Below are positions 8,783 through 18,642 of a stretch of DNA of 44,562 bases, piece after piece. The position numbers and the translations under genes are program-made. How positions within the stretch are numbered: the first letter of the stretch is position 1; each line of letters starts with the position of its first letter. Source of the DNA: an uncultured candidate division Zixibacteria bacterium (GTDB taxonomy: Bacteria; Zixibacteria; MSB-5A5; UBA10806; 4484-95); NCBI GenBank assembly GCA_963668625.2, contig CAXXKA010000002.1:1-44562 (forward strand). The letters are read 5' to 3'. Under the pieces are notes generated by a model. The model was not told where the DNA came from. It searched no databases and was given only the letters and a program-made list of their open reading frames with translations.

Positions 8783-9526
8783 TCAATTCCATGCTTTTTC
8801 ATGTCCTCTCGCGGGTTGCTTCAAGACCGGTATCGCGCTCTTGACGGCCGGCTTTATCTCACAAGTATCCGCGAATGGATCGATCAATTCGATGCCATAT
8901 TCCTCGCAGCGTTTGACTATCTCCGGTTTGGCTGAGTGCACATATACTCGGGCGTGAAAATCAGTCGAGGCCACTCGGTGAAATTCCTGAAGCTCCTGAT
9001 CCACACGATAACTATGAGCGCCGCAGCAAATCGCCACCCTCACCGGTTTGCCGCACACGGGACATTTCATCTCGGCTATAATATCTATCGGAAACGGCGT
9101 TAACTCCTCGCCTCTGTATACTTTATAACCGTTCGATTTGAACAGGTCTTTGGTCCAACATATGATATCATCCAGAGGAATCGTCGAGTCAATATTGTAG
9201 ATTTCCGATTTTTCGCTTTTAGGCTTAAGCTTGCCGTTGCGATAATCATTCAAAGCTTTCTCAACGGAGGATGATATATTGTCTATTACGATTATTCCTG
9301 AATTGTTCAATATATCTTTATAGAAACCTTTAATGCCGTTGCAGATAAGTACCTCAACCCGTCTTTCGTTTAAAAACCTCAGACGGCTAAATCCCTCGCA
9401 GCCCTCGCATTTATGAAGCCGCATAGAGAAATCACTCTCCTGTTCGACCGCTGTGATAACGAACGTACCGGCCACCTCGAAACAGGGAGCAATCTCATCA
9501 TTGAATTTCGGTATTGCAACTATCAT
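8783..9526 (-). CDS. NifB/NifX (Orp-like) domain fused to a Cys-rich C-terminal domain
   Basis: N-terminal about 115 aa: VAIP...IAPCFEVA..F, VEVLICNGI, GIIVI, VEKALNDYRNGKL. C-terminal domain has CPVC and CCGAH. Confidence 0.75.
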   Translation of the reverse strand: MIVAIPKFNDEIAPCFEVAGTFVITAVEQESDFSMRLHKCEGCEGFSRLRFLNERRVEVLICNGIKGFYKDILNNSGIIVIDNISSSVEKALNDYRNGKLKPKSEKSEIYNIDSTIPLDDIICWTKDLFKSNGYKVYRGEELTPFPIDIIAEMKCPVCGKPVRVAICCGAHSYRVDQELQEFHRVASTDFHARVYVHSAKPEIVKRCEEYGIELIDPFADTCEIKPAVKSAIPVLKQPARGHEKAWN

Positions 9527-9546
9527 ATTTACCCATTCAGCTACAA

Positions 9547-9562
9547 TGCATAAGTGATGCCA
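9547..9562 (-). promoter_or_regulatory. Sigma-54 (-24/-12) promoter of the NifX/Hmc-like operon
   Basis: Minus strand TGGCATCACTTATGCA has GG-N10-GC spacing, 20 nt upstream of ATG 9526 and beside a sigma-54 activator gene. Confidence 0.8.
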
Positions 9563-9626
9563 GCTTGTGAAAAAAGTTACAAGTGATTAACTGTGTTAAG
9601 TTTATAGGGTATACTATAATATCGTA

Positions 9627-9690
9627 TGTTGCATAAATAGCAATAGCTATTGTTGCATGTGATGCATCATGTTGCATTTAATGCGAAACA
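9627..9690. promoter_or_regulatory. Three imperfect TGTTGCA-N5-TGCAACA palindromes, candidate enhancer (UAS)
   Basis: TGTTGCAT at 9627, 9651 and 9670, each followed by a degenerate inverted half-site; 65-130 nt upstream of the sigma-54 promoter. Confidence 0.65.
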
Positions 9691-9711
9691 TAGATAAGTG
9701 ATTAGTGTATT

Positions 9712-11070
9712 TTATGTTATGCTTTGCGAGTCGATGCCGAAACGTTTCATCTTACGCCACAGAGTGCTGCGGTTTATGCCTAATTCGCGAGCCGCCGCTG
9801 TCTGATTGCCTCCATGCTTGCGCAATACCTCGATTATACGAGCCTGCTCATCTATGGCTTTCGTTACCGGATTGGATTCTGATATTTCCGGTTTCTCAAT
9901 AATAGCCTGTTTTTTTATCAGTTCTTCCGGCAGATGATCTTTCTGGATTATAGAGCCCCGACAGACTACGAAAGCATATTCGATTATATTCTCCAGTTCA
10001 CGGATATTACCCGGAAAATCGTAGCGGAGCAATATATTCATAACCTCCGGGCTGACACTGATTATGTTTTTACCTCGTCGGGCGTTATTATTATTTATGA
10101 AATGATCGACAAGATAGGGGATATCCTCCCGGCGGTCTTTTAATGGCGGCAGATCGAATTTGACAACCGCCAGCCTGAAATACAAATCATCCCGAAACTT
10201 GCCCTGGGCGACTAAATCGCGAAGATCCCTGTTGGTTGCCGCCACTATTCGGATATCGGTTTTTACCGGCGCGGTACCTCCTAGCGGTTCGTATTCGTGT
10301 TGTTGCAGGAGTCGCAACAGTTTCACTTGCGTTGAAAGGGGGAGTTCGCCGATCTCATCGAAAAACACTGTTCCTTCCTCAGCGGCTGCAAGTTTACCGT
10401 TTTTATCATTTTTGGCATCGGTAAAAGCGCCTTTTTTATAGCCGAAAAGTTCTGATTCGAATAATTCCAACGGCAGTGTGCCGCAATTGATTACGGTATA
10501 ATTTTCGTCGCGACGGGGGCTTAAATTATGAATCGCGCGGGCGAACAATTCCTTGCCCGATCCCGACGGCCCCTGGATTAAAACCGTACTCTCGCTTTCG
10601 GCAATATCCGGCAATATCGAGAATAGTTTATGGATCGTAGGGCTTTTGGAAATTATATCCTCAAATGAGTAGTTCTTTTTCAACTCTTTCCTCAGATGTT
10701 CGATCGTGGAAAGATCACGGAAGGTTTCCACCGCGCCCAGGACTTCACCGTCATTATCGCGAAGAACCGCCGTCGAGACACTGATGGGGATTTTATCGCC
10801 ATTGCTATTTATGATATTGACCGGTTGATCGATAGACTCCATACCGGTGTGAAGAGTTTTCTCCAGAAGGCAGCCATGTTCGCAAATATCGGAATGAAAT
10901 ACCTCATAACATTTTTTACCGACAGCCACCCTGGAGGGAACTCCCGTAATCTTCTCGGCCGCCGGATTAAAACTGGTTATAGACCGTTCGCTGTCGACAG
11001 TAAATACCCCATCGGCGATGGAACTTAGGATTACCTGGAAAAAGCGTAAGTCTGTTGGTGTTTTCTTCAT
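9712..11070 (-). CDS. PAS-AAA+-Fis-HTH sigma-54 activator, OrpR-like
   Basis: PAS with C-x8-C-x3-C; GPSGSGKE, ESELFG, GAFTDA, FFDEI, FRDDLYFRL, PGNIRELEN; HTH NQTAAARELGINRSTLWRK. Confidence 0.92.
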   Translation of the reverse strand: MKKTPTDLRFFQVILSSIADGVFTVDSERSITSFNPAAEKITGVPSRVAVGKKCYEVFHSDICEHGCLLEKTLHTGMESIDQPVNIINSNGDKIPISVSTAVLRDNDGEVLGAVETFRDLSTIEHLRKELKKNYSFEDIISKSPTIHKLFSILPDIAESESTVLIQGPSGSGKELFARAIHNLSPRRDENYTVINCGTLPLELFESELFGYKKGAFTDAKNDKNGKLAAAEEGTVFFDEIGELPLSTQVKLLRLLQQHEYEPLGGTAPVKTDIRIVAATNRDLRDLVAQGKFRDDLYFRLAVVKFDLPPLKDRREDIPYLVDHFINNNNARRGKNIISVSPEVMNILLRYDFPGNIRELENIIEYAFVVCRGSIIQKDHLPEELIKKQAIIEKPEISESNPVTKAIDEQARIIEVLRKHGGNQTAAARELGINRSTLWRKMKRFGIDSQSIT

Positions 11071-11197
11071 CTGCTATTACAACTTAACTATCACAGAACA
11101 GGTTGCTGTTTGAATTGATTAATAACTAATCGAGGTCATATATTCAAGTATATTTAACGTAAATCGAGTTTCTTATATTCTAATCGTTAACTAGTGC

Positions 11198-11226
11198 TTG
11201 ATAATTGCAAGCTATATTAATATACT
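11198..11226 (+). promoter_or_regulatory. Sigma-70-type promoter
   Basis: TTGATA-N17-TATACT upstream of RBS AAGGAG and ATG 11261. Confidence 0.5.
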
Positions 11227-11260
11227 GAGTACTAAATAATGTATATTTAAGGAGAATTGA

Positions 11261-11635
11261 ATGTCAAAGAAAGTGTTGATAGTCGAGGATGAGGAAGATC
11301 CAAGGGTATATCTCGAGACATTGATGAGGGAAAACGGATTCGAGATCGCCAGCGCACCCGATGGCGTTAAAGGATTCGAGAAGGCCAAAGAGTTCGAACC
11401 TGATGTTATTCTTCTGGATATTTTAATGCCCGAGGAAACCGGTGTGAAATGTTACCGCGATTTGAAAAAAGATTCCGCCATGAAAGATATTCCGGTAATT
11501 ATCTGCAGCGGCGCCACTCAGTACAAACCACTTTTCGACCTGGATAGGAATGCGCTTCCGAAACCTTTCGGTTTCGTGGAAAAGCCCGTCGATAGAGAAG
11601 TATTATTAGCGAAAATTAAGGAAGCGGTCGGTTAA
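11261..11635 (+). CDS. Single-domain response regulator (receiver)
   Basis: VLIVEDE, ILLDILMP, ICSG, VEKP. Confidence 0.9.
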   Translation: MSKKVLIVEDEEDPRVYLETLMRENGFEIASAPDGVKGFEKAKEFEPDVILLDILMPEETGVKCYRDLKKDSAMKDIPVIICSGATQYKPLFDLDRNALPKPFGFVEKPVDREVLLAKIKEAVG

Positions 11636-11646
11636 CCGAATAAAGA

Positions 11647-14600
11647 TCACACTGCTTTTTCAACTTGTTTGGTTTTACTGGTTTTCTTGTCCAATTCTAT
11701 TCGTACCGTGAGGGCAAGAGAATTATAAGTTAGCGGTTTTCGCATGAATGAGATCGCTCCCCGGTTGAGCAGATTTTTAACGCGGTTGCTCTGGGCATGC
11801 CCTGATACTATAATAACTTTCTGCGAGGGATACATTTTAGTGAGCTGTTTATAAGTCTCCAATCCATCCATATCGCCGGTTATCGCCATATTCAGTAAAA
11901 TTAAATCCTGTGGATATTCTTTTACGAACTCGATTGCCTCCTCTCCGTTACCTACCTCGGAAGCTTTATATCCCAGTCTTGTTAGAATTTTAACTGAAAC
12001 TGTCCGTTGCATGGCATCATCATCTACAACGAGTATTTTCTCAGTACCACCGATTATTTGTTTTTGGGTGTCGCTGTCTATTTGCTCTAATGTTACCGGG
12101 AAATAAATGTAGAAATCAGTTCCCCTACCCGGTACGCTGTTCAAATCGAGATAACCTTTATGATCCTCTATGACATTATGTACGATACTCAATCCCAGCC
12201 CTGAGCCTTTCCTGGTCCCGGGCGCCTTGGTAGTGAAAAACGGATCGAGTATTTTCGGGATAATATCGGTGGGAATACCTGAACCGGTATCGCTTATGGT
12301 CATTTTGACATACTTGCCCGGTGGGACGCTGCCGAATTTACCGGATAGCTTTTTGATGATAGTGTTTTCGGTTTTGATAGTCAGAGTGCCTATATCGTAC
12401 ATGGTGTCGCGAGCGTTGGTAACTATATTCAGGATGACCCTGTATATCTGGGATACACTACCTTTAATTGGCATGATTCTCTCGTCAAGATCGAGAACGA
12501 GGTTGAGTGATTCGGGTATGGGTCTTATCTGATTGGCCGTTTGCCGTATGATATCGTTAAGATTTACTATCTCCAACCTGTAGTGTCCTCGCCTGCCGAG
12601 CGTGAGTAACTGCTGGTTGATCTCGGCCATCTGTTCGGCGGCGTACTCGATATCATCAAGGTATTGTATCGCCGGATGGTTTTCCGGTAGATCACTCTTT
12701 ATGAATTCCGGATAAGCCATTAATGGAGCTAGTAAATTATTGAAATCGTGCGCTACCTGGCCCGCTATTCTACCGGCTGCTTCCAGACGTTGTGCGCGGT
12801 TGGCCAATTCCTGAAGGTGTTTGATCTCCGTAATATCCATAACCGAAATGAATGTTCCGATAAAAACACCTTCGTTGGAAAACCTTGGCATAACGGATGT
12901 CAACAGGATTTTAATATTTCCAAGAGCGCTTTCTATTCCTAACTCGAATTGTGAGCTTTCGCCGGCATGGTGCTTCTTGATTTCCTTTTCGACTTTATCG
13001 AGGTATTCCATCTGGCAATAATCAATAAGATTTTTCCCGACAATCGTATAAACATCTTTTTCCTCGAATATCTCAGCCATAGCCGGATTACAAAATTCGA
13101 CGAAAACATCCTTGTCGGCCAGGCATACTCCCTCGAGCACGGAGTTGAACAATTCGTGATATTGTTTTTCCGAGTTCCTTAACTCTTCTTTAGCTTGCTT
13201 ACTATCGGTTATATCCTGGAAAGCAAGCAATGCCGCCTGTTTATTCTGATATTCTATTATCGAGCCGATTACCTCGACATCTATTACCCTGCCGGATAAA
13301 GTAATGAATTTTTCCTCTAGTAATTCGGAGCTTTTTCGATTCTGGTATGCGTCCAATGCTCGCTTCCGAGCGATATCTTTATAATCCGGGTGTACGAAAT
13401 CCAGAATAGACTTACCTAAGAAATCGACCATAGACGAACCATCCATGACCTTGATAGCGCTCGAATTCACGTACACCACGATGCCACCGCTGTGAACGAC
13501 CGTTGGTATGGGGGAGGTTTCTATTAAAGCTTTATATCTGTTTTCGCTCTCTTTCAGGGCTATTATAGCTTGCATTCTTTCGGTAATATCCACGACTATG
13601 CCATGATAACATTTGACCGCACCGTTTTCATCCCTGTTTATTTCGGTTGAATCGGACACCCATACTATCGCATCATCTTTAGTTATTATACGATATGGAT
13701 TATGATTGATTTTAGATAAAGTCTTATCGTCACTGGAACTATCTACCTCATGCCGCACTTGTAGAATATCATCGGGGTGGACGATACTGCTGTAAATAAC
13801 TTTGCCTGATAAAAATTCTTCCCGGGTATATCCGGTTAACTGATAGCAATTTTCTGAGACATATTTAACAGGGTCTTTGGTTCCTTTATTCCAGATGAAA
13901 GCCACCGCGGGGCTGTGGCTAATTATTCTGTGAAGCTCGTGAATCTCGGTTTCCGATTCCAATCGCTTGGTTATGTCCCTGGAAGTTACTATTATCCCTT
14001 CAACGCCGGGAATATCCATCATATTGTTGCCGAGTGTCTCGAGCCAAATCCAATTACCATCTGCATGCTGTACACGAAATGCTATTGGTTGACATTCTCT
14101 CTCATTTGTGATGATAATATTGAATTCATTAATGGCAATTTCCCGATCATCAGGATGAATGAATTCGAGGCTGTTTTTGCCGATAAAATAATCTTGTTTA
14201 TAGCCCAGGATTCTGGATACAGAAGGCGCTTCGAACTTTACTACAGCGTTAGTGTCAACTACCCATAAAAATTCTGATAGATATTTTACGATAGACCGGA
14301 ATTTCTCCTCGCTTAGTTTTATATTGTGCTCACGGTTTATTAAATCAGTGATATCCGTTAATGTCTCGAGACTGCCATATGATTTTCCGCTATCATCAAC
14401 TATAGCTATAGAGGATATTAAAACATTTGCGGCGCTGCCATCGGGACGGAGTATTTCAACCTCGTATTTTTGGTGATTTGCTTTATTAGGTTCCGATAAT
14501 AAGTATGATAGTAGTTTTTCTTTATTTTTCCCTTTTACTATGTCAGTATATATTGCTATGTTTTTGTTCAGCAGCTCCTCTTTAGGAATTCCAACAATTC

Positions 14601-14952
14601 TGCACAGGGCGGGATTAACATAGATTAAGTTTTTATCGGCATCCGTGATTGCCAGCCCGTTATCCAAATTTTCAAACAAACCAATCACCATCTCTTGTTC
14701 TTGATAACTTAACTCATTTGGCTTTTTGCCCGTTAAATGCGCTATTGTAATTTTAAGGTAGTTGGTTTCATTGTTTTTATAGGATAATCGAAGTTTCCAT
14801 ATGAGATGAGTAATAACAATTGCCGAGATAGCTAGAATGATATTAACGATATCACTTAGAGGCGATTCGATGTTAAAAATAAGCCTGCAAACATAAACTG
14901 ATAGCATAAATATGGCTATGCTGAAAATCAACGGCTTGATGCTGTATTTCAT
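11647..14952 (-). CDS. Membrane-anchored multi-PAS hybrid histidine kinase with an atypical receiver
   Basis: Two N-terminal TM helices, about five PAS/PAC repeats (IHPDD, VHPDD, VHPDY), [25 protein letters not shown]; receiver reads DLILLNM. Confidence 0.9.
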   Translation of the reverse strand: MKYSIKPLIFSIAIFMLSVYVCRLIFNIESPLSDIVNIILAISAIVITHLIWKLRLSYKNNETNYLKITIAHLTGKKPNELSYQEQEMVIGLFENLDNGLAITDADKNLIYVNPALCRIVGIPKEELLNKNIAIYTDIVKGKNKEKLLSYLLSEPNKANHQKYEVEILRPDGSAANVLISSIAIVDDSGKSYGSLETLTDITDLINREHNIKLSEEKFRSIVKYLSEFLWVVDTNAVVKFEAPSVSRILGYKQDYFIGKNSLEFIHPDDREIAINEFNIIITNERECQPIAFRVQHADGNWIWLETLGNNMMDIPGVEGIIVTSRDITKRLESETEIHELHRIISHSPAVAFIWNKGTKDPVKYVSENCYQLTGYTREEFLSGKVIYSSIVHPDDILQVRHEVDSSSDDKTLSKINHNPYRIITKDDAIVWVSDSTEINRDENGAVKCYHGIVVDITERMQAIIALKESENRYKALIETSPIPTVVHSGGIVVYVNSSAIKVMDGSSMVDFLGKSILDFVHPDYKDIARKRALDAYQNRKSSELLEEKFITLSGRVIDVEVIGSIIEYQNKQAALLAFQDITDSKQAKEELRNSEKQYHELFNSVLEGVCLADKDVFVEFCNPAMAEIFEEKDVYTIVGKNLIDYCQMEYLDKVEKEIKKHHAGESSQFELGIESALGNIKILLTSVMPRFSNEGVFIGTFISVMDITEIKHLQELANRAQRLEAAGRIAGQVAHDFNNLLAPLMAYPEFIKSDLPENHPAIQYLDDIEYAAEQMAEINQQLLTLGRRGHYRLEIVNLNDIIRQTANQIRPIPESLNLVLDLDERIMPIKGSVSQIYRVILNIVTNARDTMYDIGTLTIKTENTIIKKLSGKFGSVPPGKYVKMTISDTGSGIPTDIIPKILDPFFTTKAPGTRKGSGLGLSIVHNVIEDHKGYLDLNSVPGRGTDFYIYFPVTLEQIDSDTQKQIIGGTEKILVVDDDAMQRTVSVKILTRLGYKASEVGNGEEAIEFVKEYPQDLILLNMAITGDMDGLETYKQLTKMYPSQKVIIVSGHAQSNRVKNLLNRGAISFMRKPLTYNSLALTVRIELDKKTSKTKQVEKAV

Positions 14953-15242
14953 GTTAACAAACTTTTCTTATATTAGACAGTATTGTCAATATAGGGTATA
15001 ACCCTGATTTTATTTCTTGCCCTGCTTTAGTCTTCGGCAGAATAGTGGGTTAACCTGAAAAGATTATTGCATATTGTGCAATTTCGATGATGTAAATGTA
15101 GGTGCAAAGTGAACAAAATATATAAAAAGGTAGTATATTTGATTTAATTTGGCTGCATTACCCAGAGAACGCTTACTCTCTATGTAATACAGACTAGAAA
15201 GCATAAGTTTAAACGGACATTTAAAGATACATATTTTTCTGA

Positions 15243-15279
15243 AAGCTATTGTATTGCCATTTCAAGAATACAATAGCTT
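15243..15279. terminator. Perfect 13-bp inverted repeat after the SSADH stop (terminator or stability hairpin)
   Basis: AAGCTATTGTATT-N11-AATACAATAGCTT, 21 nt downstream of the stop at 15301. Confidence 0.5.
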
Positions 15280-15300
15280 ATATTAACATTTTTAAATCTA

Positions 15301-16659
15301 CTATGCTATCCAGATAGTTTTGATATTAACGAACTCTTTGATACCATAATGTGAAAGTTCACGACCATAGCCGGATTTTTTCACGCCGCCGAAAGGCAAT
15401 CTCGGATCGGATTTAGTCATGCCGTTTACGAACACGGCGCCCGATTCGACTCTTCTCGCGACTTCCTCGGCTTTCTTTATATCTCGCGACCAGACACTGC
15501 CGCCCAAACCGAACCGAGAATCATTAGCTACGGCGATAGCTTCCTCGGCATCCTTAACCGGGATAATAGCCGAAACCGGCCCGAAAGTCTCCTCGGCATA
15601 AGCCGGCATCCCTTTCTTGACATCGCCTAAAACCGTAGGCAGATAAAACGCACCGGGGCCCTCGGCTTTTTTCCCGCCGGTTAGAAGTTTCGCGCCCATT
15701 TTTATCGATTTTTGCACCTGTTCATCCAACTCCTTGAGCAGGTCCATTCTGGCCATTGCTCCCACCTGCGTGCTGTCATCCAGCGGATTGCCTATTTTAA
15801 GCGATTCCATGATTTTGACATGATCTCTCTGGAAACTATCGAGCACCGATTCGACCACTATAAACCTCTTGGCGGCGATACAACTCTGGCCGGCGTTTAT
15901 CATCCTGGCAGTTACGGCCGTATTCACGCAGGCGTTAATATCGGCGTCATCCAAGACGATATAAGGATCCGAGCCGCCAAGTTCGAGTACGGTTTTCTTA
16001 AGTTCTTGTCCGGCCACCGAGGCAACCTGCATGCCGGCCGGCTCGCTGCCTGTCAATGTAACGGCTTTAACTTTATCGTTCCTGATAATGGCCTCGACCT
16101 TGCTTGCTCCGATTAGCAAAGTACGAAAGATATTTTTCGGGAAGCCAGCCTCATGAAAAACTTCCTCTATCTGCAAAGCCGAGCCGGGCACGTTCGAGGC
16201 GTGTTTTAGGATACCGGCATTGCCCGCCATCAGCGCCGGAGCGGCGAAACGGAATACCTGCCAGAATGGGAAATTCCAGGGCATAACGGCCAGTACCACA
16301 CCGATAGGCTGAAAAGCCACGAAACTATCGCTTGCGTCAGTCTCGATTTTCTCATCGGTTAAAAACTTCTGGGCGTTGTCGGCGTAGTAGTCGCAAACCC
16401 AGGCCGATTTTTCTACCTCGGCACGAGCCTCGGTTATGGTTTTGCCCATCTCTAAAGACATCGTGGTGGCGTATTTATCCTTGTTTTTACGCAATACCTC
16501 GGCTGCGCCGTGCATTAATTCGGCTCGTTCGGCGAAAGGCACGTTGCGCCAGCTAAGATATTCGCTATCTGTCTGGTCTATGATCTTTTCGACCTCAGCG
16601 GCCGTATGTTCGTTATATTCCTTGATAATCTCGTTAGTCGCGGGATTTATCGCTTTCAT
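15301..16659 (-). CDS. NAD(P)-dependent succinate-semialdehyde dehydrogenase (Sad/GabD1/SsaD family)
   Basis: VMPWNFPFWQVFRFAAP, LKHASNV, LTGSE, LELGGSD, GQSCIAAKR, EETFGP, GYGREL. Confidence 0.9.
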   Translation of the reverse strand: MKAINPATNEIIKEYNEHTAAEVEKIIDQTDSEYLSWRNVPFAERAELMHGAAEVLRKNKDKYATTMSLEMGKTITEARAEVEKSAWVCDYYADNAQKFLTDEKIETDASDSFVAFQPIGVVLAVMPWNFPFWQVFRFAAPALMAGNAGILKHASNVPGSALQIEEVFHEAGFPKNIFRTLLIGASKVEAIIRNDKVKAVTLTGSEPAGMQVASVAGQELKKTVLELGGSDPYIVLDDADINACVNTAVTARMINAGQSCIAAKRFIVVESVLDSFQRDHVKIMESLKIGNPLDDSTQVGAMARMDLLKELDEQVQKSIKMGAKLLTGGKKAEGPGAFYLPTVLGDVKKGMPAYAEETFGPVSAIIPVKDAEEAIAVANDSRFGLGGSVWSRDIKKAEEVARRVESGAVFVNGMTKSDPRLPFGGVKKSGYGRELSHYGIKEFVNIKTIWIA

Positions 16660-16680
16660 AAAACACCTCTATCTTTATTC

Positions 16681-18321
16681 TTACTCACATGATTTATCGC
16701 TAAGCTTCCGACTGAGTTCGATGTTCACCCTCGGTTCTATCGGTATTTCCACCAGGCATAACTCCTTCGAGTTGATAGCCGTTTTCAAATCATCATTAAG
16801 CTCACGTACGTTACTTGGCCTATAGGCTTTTATTCCGAAACTCTCGGCATAGCTTTTGAAATCGGGGTTGCTCAACCTGGTACCGAATGTTTTGCCGGTA
16901 TGCCTCTCCTGCTTCCAGGATATCAAGCCGTAGTCGTTATCGTTAAATACGATGATCGTATACGCGACACCGATTCGTTTGGCGGTCTCGATCTCCTGGG
17001 AGTTCATCATAAAACCGCCGTCCCCCATGACGGCAACCACTTTCTTATCCGGCCGTGCCAGTTTTGCCGCCAGTCCACCGGGCAGGGCAATGCCCATACT
17101 GGCCAGCCCGTTGGAGATTATAACCGAGTTCGGTTCATAAACCGGGTAGTTGCGGCCGATCCACACCTTGTGACTACCGACATCGCTGATTAGTATATCG
17201 CCGGGATTCATCTGCTGACGGATAACATGCAACGCTCCCGGTACGGTGATCTTATCGCCATCTTTAAGTTCGTACGAGGCGATATCATCTTTTATGCGCT
17301 TTCTAATCGGGTTATACCATTTATCGTCGAACTCGATCCTGTGCTTCTTGATTTTCTCGTTGATAGCCCACAACGAACCCGAGACATCAGCGATGACCTC
17401 GACCTCCGGCTGATAGTAGTCGTAAACCTCGGCCGGAGTGAAATCTATATGGATGATATGTTTGTTCTTACCCGCATTCCAGTTCTCCGGGGCGTACTCG
17501 GCGATATCGTAACCGATGGTCAGCACCAGGTCGGTTTTCTCGAACGCGCAGCTCACGTAGTCTTTAGCTTGCATACCCAGCGAGTGCAATGAATGTTCAT
17601 CCGAATCGGAGATCGCACCTTTGCCCATGAATGTCGAAACCACCGGGATGGAGGTTTGCTCGACGAATTCCCTTAGATGTTTCGAGGCCAGTTTTCTGAT
17701 AGCCCCGTTACCGGCCAGGATAAGCGGTCGTTTCGAATGTTTCAATAGCTCGATAGCTTGCTCGATTGCCTTGTAGTCGGGGGAGGCGCGCCTGATCCTG
17801 GTCGGCGGTATCGGCTCGAGTTCGCATTCTGATCCCGCTATATCCTCCGGCAGCTCGAAATGAGTAGCACCCGGTTTTTCGGCCTCCGCCAGCTTGAATG
17901 CTTTGCGTATCACCTCGGTGGTGATATGCGGATTACGTATGGAGGCATTCCATTTAGTGACCGTCTTGAACATGTTGACTATATCCAAATATTGATGGCT
18001 TTCTTTGTGAAGTCTATCCGATGATCCCTGGCCGGTGATTGCCACCAGCGGCGCTTTATCCAGATGGGCGTCCGCTATGCCGGTTATCAGGTTGGTGGCG
18101 CCTGGGCCGAGAGTCGACAGACAAACCCCGGCCTTACCGGTCAACCGCCCGTAAACATCAGCCATAAAAGCTGCCGCGGCCTCATGCCTGACCGCTATGA
18201 ATCGAATATCGGAGCGCTCCAGGGAAAACAGTAAATCCTCGTTTTCCTCGCCGGGTAAACCGAAAATATACTGAACGCCCTCGGCCTCCAGACATTTAAC
18301 AACCAGATCTGAAACTTTCAT
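16681..18321 (-). CDS. ThDP-dependent enzyme of the acetolactate-synthase family, probably 2-oxoglutarate decarboxylase (OgdA-like)
   Basis: FGLPGEEN, RHE, DVYGRLTGKAGVCLSTLGPGATNL, ESHQYLD, ThDP motif GDGGFMMN...ND; no ilvH/ilvC nearby; co-transcribed with SSADH. Confidence 0.75.
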   Translation of the reverse strand: MKVSDLVVKCLEAEGVQYIFGLPGEENEDLLFSLERSDIRFIAVRHEAAAAFMADVYGRLTGKAGVCLSTLGPGATNLITGIADAHLDKAPLVAITGQGSSDRLHKESHQYLDIVNMFKTVTKWNASIRNPHITTEVIRKAFKLAEAEKPGATHFELPEDIAGSECELEPIPPTRIRRASPDYKAIEQAIELLKHSKRPLILAGNGAIRKLASKHLREFVEQTSIPVVSTFMGKGAISDSDEHSLHSLGMQAKDYVSCAFEKTDLVLTIGYDIAEYAPENWNAGKNKHIIHIDFTPAEVYDYYQPEVEVIADVSGSLWAINEKIKKHRIEFDDKWYNPIRKRIKDDIASYELKDGDKITVPGALHVIRQQMNPGDILISDVGSHKVWIGRNYPVYEPNSVIISNGLASMGIALPGGLAAKLARPDKKVVAVMGDGGFMMNSQEIETAKRIGVAYTIIVFNDNDYGLISWKQERHTGKTFGTRLSNPDFKSYAESFGIKAYRPSNVRELNDDLKTAINSKELCLVEIPIEPRVNIELSRKLSDKSCE

Positions 18322-18601
18322 AATTCCTCAGAATAAGTTAAAACTCCATTCCTCTCTTTGCAAGTAACAATGAGAGCAAACCATCTTTTGTTCCCGGCCA
18401 TAATTTACGGCAGCTAATGCCATATGTCACCGGCGATTGACCGCAATAATTGAATTTACTACATATTTATAAGCTAATACGAATAAAACCTGATTTAAAC
18501 ATATGGTCAATCTCCCTGAAAAACATGTCAACCGCTTGTATTTTAACATCTTGACGCAACTTACCGAAGGGATAAGTAGTTTACCACAGGGGTGTTTTTT
18601 A

Positions 18602-18630
18602 TTGACATCATTGTAAGAAAAAACTAAGAT
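18602..18630 (+). promoter_or_regulatory. Sigma-70-type promoter for nth-corA
   Basis: TTGACA-N17-TAAGAT, 12 nt before ATG 18643. Confidence 0.55.
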
Positions 18631-18642
18631 ACATAATTTGTT

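Noticed and set aside
8783-9526. Nitrogen-fixation gene
   Set aside because: NifB/NifX-like domains are widespread in non-diazotrophic anaerobes, and no nif structural genes are present.
15031-15060. Sigma-28-like promoter (TCAGG...GCCGAAGA, minus strand) for the hybrid kinase
   Set aside because: Spacing is one base off and both boxes are imperfect; too weak to call.
16681-18321. Biosynthetic acetolactate synthase ilvB
   Set aside because: No regulatory subunit or ilvC/ilvD; the pairing with SSADH points to a decarboxylase.
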